In this document: positions 59,646-64,000 of the stretch, piece after piece
How positions within the stretch are numbered: position 1 is the first letter of the stretch
Layout of the letters: every line of letters begins with the position of its first letter
Source: Candidatus Poribacteria bacterium
GTDB taxonomy: Bacteria > Poribacteria > WGA-4E > PCPOR2b
NCBI GenBank assembly: GCA_965116925.1
Contig: OZ220744.1
Span: forward strand, 6,240,001 to 6,304,000
DNA: 64,000 nt
Direction: 5' to 3'
Notes under the pieces: generated by a model
Databases searched by the model: none
What the model saw: only the letters and a program-made list of their open reading frames with translations
Told to the model about the DNA's origin: nothing
Translations under genes and position numbers: made by a program

Positions 59646-61046
59646 CTACTCTAGGTGCAGGAGCAGGTCCCGCTTTGTCAACGGTCGGTCGAGGTGCATC
59701 AGATAGATCTGGAACGTATCGCTGCGATCCGAAATAAACGCTAACAACCTCGCGTCGGGCGAAAACGCCGGCTGCATTGACGCACCGATCCCGTTTGTCA
59801 ACCGCCGTTCGTTCGATCCGTCCGCGTCCATCAGGTAGATCTCAATATCCCCGTCCCGCGCCGAGACAAAGGCGATGGTCTCCCCGTCCGACGAGATTAC
59901 CGGGCTATAGCAGTCGTGCGGGTTTGGGTTCAGATGCCTCTCATCGCTGCCGTCGATATTGATGCTATAGATCTGATGCCGTTCCGCTTGACCCTCCGCT
60001 AAGTCATCGGTCCGTGCCGAGACAAACGCAATCCGTTTCCCATCGGGGAAGAACATCGGGCTGCCGTCGTCCACTTCGTTATGCGTAATCTGCTGAGACG
60101 GAATCGTATCTGGATCAATCGCACCGAGATCCACGCCGCGGAGATCGAGGATATACAGTTCCAGATTGCCGGCACTGTTCGACTCGTAAGCGACCCGCTG
60201 CCGATCCGGCGATATCCCCAACGAGCGGACACCGAACCCGACGGGCATAATCTCCTGTGTGGTCTTACTATTAATATGTGTGGCATAGAAACCGGCATAG
60301 ATCGGCGTGGATCCGCTGCTCTGCAGCAGAATTTTCACCTGCCGCGAGGTCTGCGGTTCACGGCTGTAGATAACGTAGCTCGGATCGCTCAAGAACGCGG
60401 GCTCCCCCTCGTCGTAATCGGTAGTGTAGGTCACCCGCTTCCGCACGCGCCGATCCGCTATATCCATGATGAAAATCTCGCCGTTATCCAACCGATACGA
60501 CGCGAACACCAGCTGCGAGCCGTCCTGCGAGAATCGCGGCGAATAGTTGTCCTTCTTGCCACTTGTCAACTGCTCCACCCGATACGCATCGGTAATAAGT
60601 CCCGCCACCTGTTGTAGCACGGCGTTGTCCGATGTGGATTGGACAATCGCCCGCAGCTCACGGTATCCCGAATCCCGAATCCCCTGTTTCAGATATACCT
60701 TCGCCAACGCGAACCGTACCGTCGCTTTGTCTTCGGGGCGGGCGGTATACAGGTTGATCGCTGTCCTGTAATGACGGATCGCCTCGTCGTAGCTGCCTAA
60801 CCCCTCATACGCCTGACCTAGCAGAAACCGCGCCTTCGGGTTCCGATCGTCTACGTCGATAATCTTCTCCAACAGGTTAATCGCCTCCGGATGCATCCCC
60901 GATTGGATCAACGCCTCGCTCTGCCGGAGCGGTTCGTCCTTTCCGCTGCACCCGATCAGGCAACCGAGAAGCGCAATTAGCAGCGTGGCGCGTGAAACGT
61001 GATGCGTGAAACGTGATATGTCTGCGATATTATATTTGTCTTTCAT
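59646..61046 (-). CDS. Lipoprotein with TPR domain and TolB-like (PD40) beta-propeller
   Basis: Lipobox LIGC, TPRs and repeated P.FS.DG..IAFVS.RDG..EIY blades. Confidence 0.85.
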   Translation of the reverse strand: MKDKYNIADISRFTHHVSRATLLIALLGCLIGCSGKDEPLRQSEALIQSGMHPEAINLLEKIIDVDDRNPKARFLLGQAYEGLGSYDEAIRHYRTAINLYTARPEDKATVRFALAKVYLKQGIRDSGYRELRAIVQSTSDNAVLQQVAGLITDAYRVEQLTSGKKDNYSPRFSQDGSQLVFASYRLDNGEIFIMDIADRRVRKRVTYTTDYDEGEPAFLSDPSYVIYSREPQTSRQVKILLQSSGSTPIYAGFYATHINSKTTQEIMPVGFGVRSLGISPDRQRVAYESNSAGNLELYILDLRGVDLGAIDPDTIPSQQITHNEVDDGSPMFFPDGKRIAFVSARTDDLAEGQAERHQIYSINIDGSDERHLNPNPHDCYSPVISSDGETIAFVSARDGDIEIYLMDADGSNERRLTNGIGASMQPAFSPDARLLAFISDRSDTFQIYLMHLDRPLTKRDLLLHLE

Positions 61047-61086
61047 CTTTATTTCCCTTCATGTTTTTCGATTCGTCCTCGCATTC

Positions 61087-61264
61087 GTAGGGGCGGGGTT
61101 TCCCCGCCCTCTTTGTGGTACGGTTTGGGGGACCCAATCCCTACGAATATCACAACGGGTTGGGGAACCCAACCCCTACGAATATCACAACGGGTTGGGG
61201 AACCCAACCCCTACGAATATTAATGTGTCGCTGCACCTATCGTAGGGGCGAGGTTTCCTCGCCC
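61087..61264. repeat. REP cluster including three tandem 35-bp units
   Basis: CGGGTTGGGGAACCCAACCCCTACGAATATCACAA-type units at 61121, 61156 and 61191, flanked by GTAGGGGCG...CGCCC REPs. Confidence 0.85.
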
Positions 61265-61274
61265 TTGTTTTGGT

Positions 61275-61614
61275 TAGGACTTACGCACTTCAGTTTTAAG
61301 AGTAGAGACGGACGCAGATCTCGCAGATGAAGGTCGCATGAGCGAGGTTAAAAAGGTTACGTTTCGCCTGCGAAAATCAAATTTTCCCATTTTTCCCGCG
61401 CAAATGGGAAAATTGTCCCTATTTCAGGCTGAAACGTTTCGTCATGCCTGCCGATTGTATTACAAGCAGTTACAAACAATTACATTTTATGGTCGGGATC
61501 CTTGATGGTGTCCCTGCTGTAGTTGCTCGTTTCTTAACGGGCGTTGGAAGTTGTGTCCAACGGCGATGAATCGTCGAACTACAGGACTTTGAGCGTTCAA
61601 CTGCGTAAGTCCTA
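61275..61614. mobile_element. About 340-bp non-coding MITE with perfect terminal inverted repeats
   Basis: TAGGACTTACGCA...TGCGTAAGTCCTA ends with internal hairpins. Confidence 0.75.
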
Positions 61615-61716
61615 TTGGTATTGAATGGTTCGTAGGGGCGGGGTCACCTCGCCCATCTTATGATGTTGATAATTCGTAGGGGCGAGGTTCCCTCGCCCGT
61701 TTTGTGTGTCGCCCAT

Positions 61717-62285
61717 TTACCATCTGGAAGGATTGTTAGGATGCAATTGATCCAACTCCCATTGCATCGGGTTATCGGTAACATATTGGCGAATGCGCTG
61801 TAAATCTATATCATCTCGAATGACATGGTCGTAATAATTCCTTTGCCAAACGCGCGTCCCCGGCATATCACGATATTGATTGATGGATTTCGTGGATTGA
61901 TATTTGAAATATGCCACGACCTGTCCTAGTGTGGGCGAGGAAACCTCCTGTCCTAGTGTGGGCGAGGAAACCTCGCCCCTACGGTTCGGTAATGGAGGTG
62001 AGGGAGCCTCGCCCCTACGGTGTTTAATACGATAATTCCGTGTATGTGATTTGGCATAACAACACACATATCCAGTTCAACAGAAAAGAAATGTTGTGGA
62101 ATACGGTTCCAACATTCGACGACAGTTTTTCCTATTTCGCTCAATTGCATCCGTCCATCTACAATCTTCCCAAATAAGCATTTCTGATCCTGCACGCATA
62201 TAGTTACGAAATACCCACCAGTCTAACCATAATCATAGTCCCGTAAGCGCGTCGCACGGCGACGCGGTTGACTTTTCGGTTTCAT
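61717..62285 (-). pseudogene. REP-associated tyrosine transposase (RAYT) with nonsense and frameshift mutations
   Basis: RRRATRLRDYDY, TAG at 62223-62225, YFVTIC, VVMPNHIHGI (HUH), WQRNYYDHVIR and YVTDNP. REPs lie inside and on both sides of the gene. Confidence 0.88.
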
Positions 62286-62497
62286 CAGCAAAACCTCCGT
62301 TGGAGTATTGTTTTCACATCCCTCATAGTTGGACGAAGCGAGAGATCTTGATTGCCGTATGGGCAAGGTTTCCTCACTCGTGTTGTGGTTTGGGTTGGGG
62401 GACCCAACCCCTACGGATTCAACGCCCATCTCTCTGCGTCTTTGTGTCCTCTGGTTTTCCCGTTTGCCTTTCTGCGGATCATTGTATCAGAAAACCG

Positions 62498-62526
62498 TTG
62501 ATAAATCAACCAAACCGTGATACCAT
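62498..62526 (+). promoter_or_regulatory. sigma70-like promoter
   Basis: TTGATA, 17 nt with extended TG, TACCAT; homologous to the promoter at 63624-63652. Confidence 0.5.
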
Positions 62527-62557
62527 ATAGTACCATTTCCGTCAGAGGAGACTCCCA

Positions 62558-63052
62558 ATGAAAACAATTCTCGTCCTTTCAATACTCTTTTGTGTGATCG
62601 CGTTGCCCGCTTTCGGTGAGCTAACGGATGCGGATCTTGACAAGATTCGGTTGATTGTTAAGGAGGAAGTCAAAGCGGAAATCGCCGGAGTCCGGCAGGA
62701 AATCGCCGGAGTCAGAAAGGAACTGAAAGCGGAAATCGCCGGAGTCCGGCAGGAAATCGCCGGAGTCGAACAGGAACTGAAAGCGGAGATTGCTGGCTCC
62801 GAGAAGCGGATAAAAGATTATATCGACGCTAGAATAGAGAGCGTCACAGTCGAAATAGGCAGTGTAGACAAACGTTTCTCAACATACAATTGGGTGATTT
62901 CCATCCTCATGCCGCTGATTGTCGCTGCGGTAGGTATTCCTACAGTCGTCATCGCGTGGCGGAGCGGAAGGGATCGATCGCTCGAAAGGCAAGTTGAAAC
63001 GCTCGCAAAGGAGATCGAAACGCTGAAGGAACAACGGATTGTAAATCCCTAA
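62558..63052 (+). CDS. Exported coiled-coil protein with 18-aa (7+11) repeats and a near-C-terminal TM helix
   Basis: Signal peptide ...PAFG, AEIAGVRQEIAGV(RK/EQ)ELK twice (54-bp DNA repeat) and TM WVISILMPLIVAAVGIP. Confidence 0.8.
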   Translation: MKTILVLSILFCVIALPAFGELTDADLDKIRLIVKEEVKAEIAGVRQEIAGVRKELKAEIAGVRQEIAGVEQELKAEIAGSEKRIKDYIDARIESVTVEIGSVDKRFSTYNWVISILMPLIVAAVGIPTVVIAWRSGRDRSLERQVETLAKEIETLKEQRIVNP

Positions 63053-63124
63053 CAGATGTCACCGGTAGGGTTGAGGGGTTGCTCCTAAAAAGTGAACCAC
63101 AATTCGGGTTGGGGGACCACAATT

Positions 63125-63538
63125 CGGGTTGGGTGACCCAACCCCTACGGATTGAATTTCCCTCGCTTCCCCGCTTCCTCCCGTCTTCCTGTCCCACATG
63201 TCGCCGTTCTATAAACATATCGCCCCGCAGGGGCTAAATCCTCGCCTCCTTGCTTTGTCGTTTTCCCGCGAATCTTATCTGCGTAATCCTTTAATCCGTG
63301 TTAATCGGCGATTCAGACATATTGGCAGATGGTGCTCCGCTGGAGCACGGAGATTTGGTCCTATCGCCCTCTATAGACATTATGCTCCGCTGGAGCGTGG
63401 GCAATTCCTATCCTCGCGCAACGGGTTGGGGGACCCAACCCCTACGGATTCAATCTCCTCGCTCCCTCCCGTCTTCCTGTTCCACATGTCGCCGTTCTAT
63501 AAACATATCGCCCCGCAGGGGCTAAATCCTCGCCTCCT
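63125..63538. repeat. Two copies of an ~120-bp composite REP unit
   Basis: 63125-63250 matches 63422-63538. Confidence 0.8.
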
Positions 63539-63623
63539 CCCCCCCCTCGCTCCCTCGTCCCCTCTGCGTCCTCAGCGTCTCTGCGGTGTGCTTCTCTCGT
63601 TCCACGTTTCCCACAAAAATGTC

Positions 63624-63652
63624 TTGCCAACCCGACCCAACCGTGATACTAT
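63624..63652 (+). promoter_or_regulatory. sigma70-like promoter
   Basis: TTGCCA, 17 nt with extended TG, TACTAT. Confidence 0.5.
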
Positions 63653-63686
63653 ATCAGACCATTCTCCTCAAAAGAGGTGATCCACC

Positions 63687-64000
63687 ATGAAAGTCGTAAT
63701 CAGCCTATTCCTACTTCTACTGATAACCCCTGCGTTTGGCCAACTGACGAAGGAGGATATGCGCGCCATCATCAAAGAAGAGGTCCCCCCTATTGTCAAA
63801 GCGGAGATTGCCGCGTCGGAAAAACGGCTGAAGGAGTATATCGATCTCAAAATTGAGACGGTAAACGCCAGAATTGATGCTGTAGAGAAAAGTCTGAATG
63901 CCAGAATTGAGACGGTAAACACTAGAATTGATGTGTTAGAGAAAAGCATAGATGGTAAATTTGATGTCTTAGATACGAGGATGGATGATGTGGATAGCAG
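63687..64000 (+). CDS. Paralogous exported coiled-coil repeat protein, runs off the window (absent from the ORF track)
   Basis: GAGGTG RBS; MKVVISLFLLLLITPAFGQLTKEDMRAIIKEEV...KAEIAASEKRLKEYID, followed by 18-aa repeats. Confidence 0.8.
   Translation, partial: MKVVISLFLLLLITPAFGQLTKEDMRAIIKEEVPPIVKAEIAASEKRLKEYIDLKIETVNARIDAVEKSLNARIETVNTRIDVLEKSIDGKFDVLDTRMDDVDS

Noticed and set aside
61121..61220. Three 35-bp repeats as a CRISPR array
   Set aside because: The units are contiguous with no unique spacers, they are REP halves found elsewhere in the window, and no cas genes are present.
47601..64000. Integron cassette array or prophage
   Set aside because: No tyrosine integrase, attC-like sites or phage genes were seen. 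The spacers are REP/MITE mosaics and many of the genes are ordinary metabolic ones.

Overview
This is a bacterial chromosomal window of moderate GC content with no rRNA, tRNA or CRISPR array visible. The gene mix (several PhyH dioxygenases, Gfo/Idh/MocA oxidoreductases, sulfatases, Uma2, secreted coiled-coil paralogues, dense GTAG-type REPs) resembles Candidatus Poribacteria. That assignment is an inference and was not tested. Layout: 1-15.3 kb is a co-oriented catabolic block. 15.3-21.7 kb holds Uma2, an ATP-grasp-like gene, a DAHP synthase preceded by a probable leader-peptide attenuator, a methyltransferase and a frameshifted leuA. 22-27.8 kb is a minimal GspC-like/GspD secretin operon whose proteins carry Gly-Phe-Gly-Arg low-complexity tracts. 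27.9-35.8 kb is a giant thioester-less TPR/alpha-2-macroglobulin gene. 36-55.7 kb holds more catabolic enzymes and an orphan adenine methyltransferase. 53-64 kb is saturated with REP-like palindromes, three MITE families, two inactivated Y1 HUH transposases, tandem duplications that capture gene 3' ends, a truncated toxin/antitoxin-like pair and tandem coiled-coil paralogues. All protein calls come from motif recognition by eye; no database searches were run.
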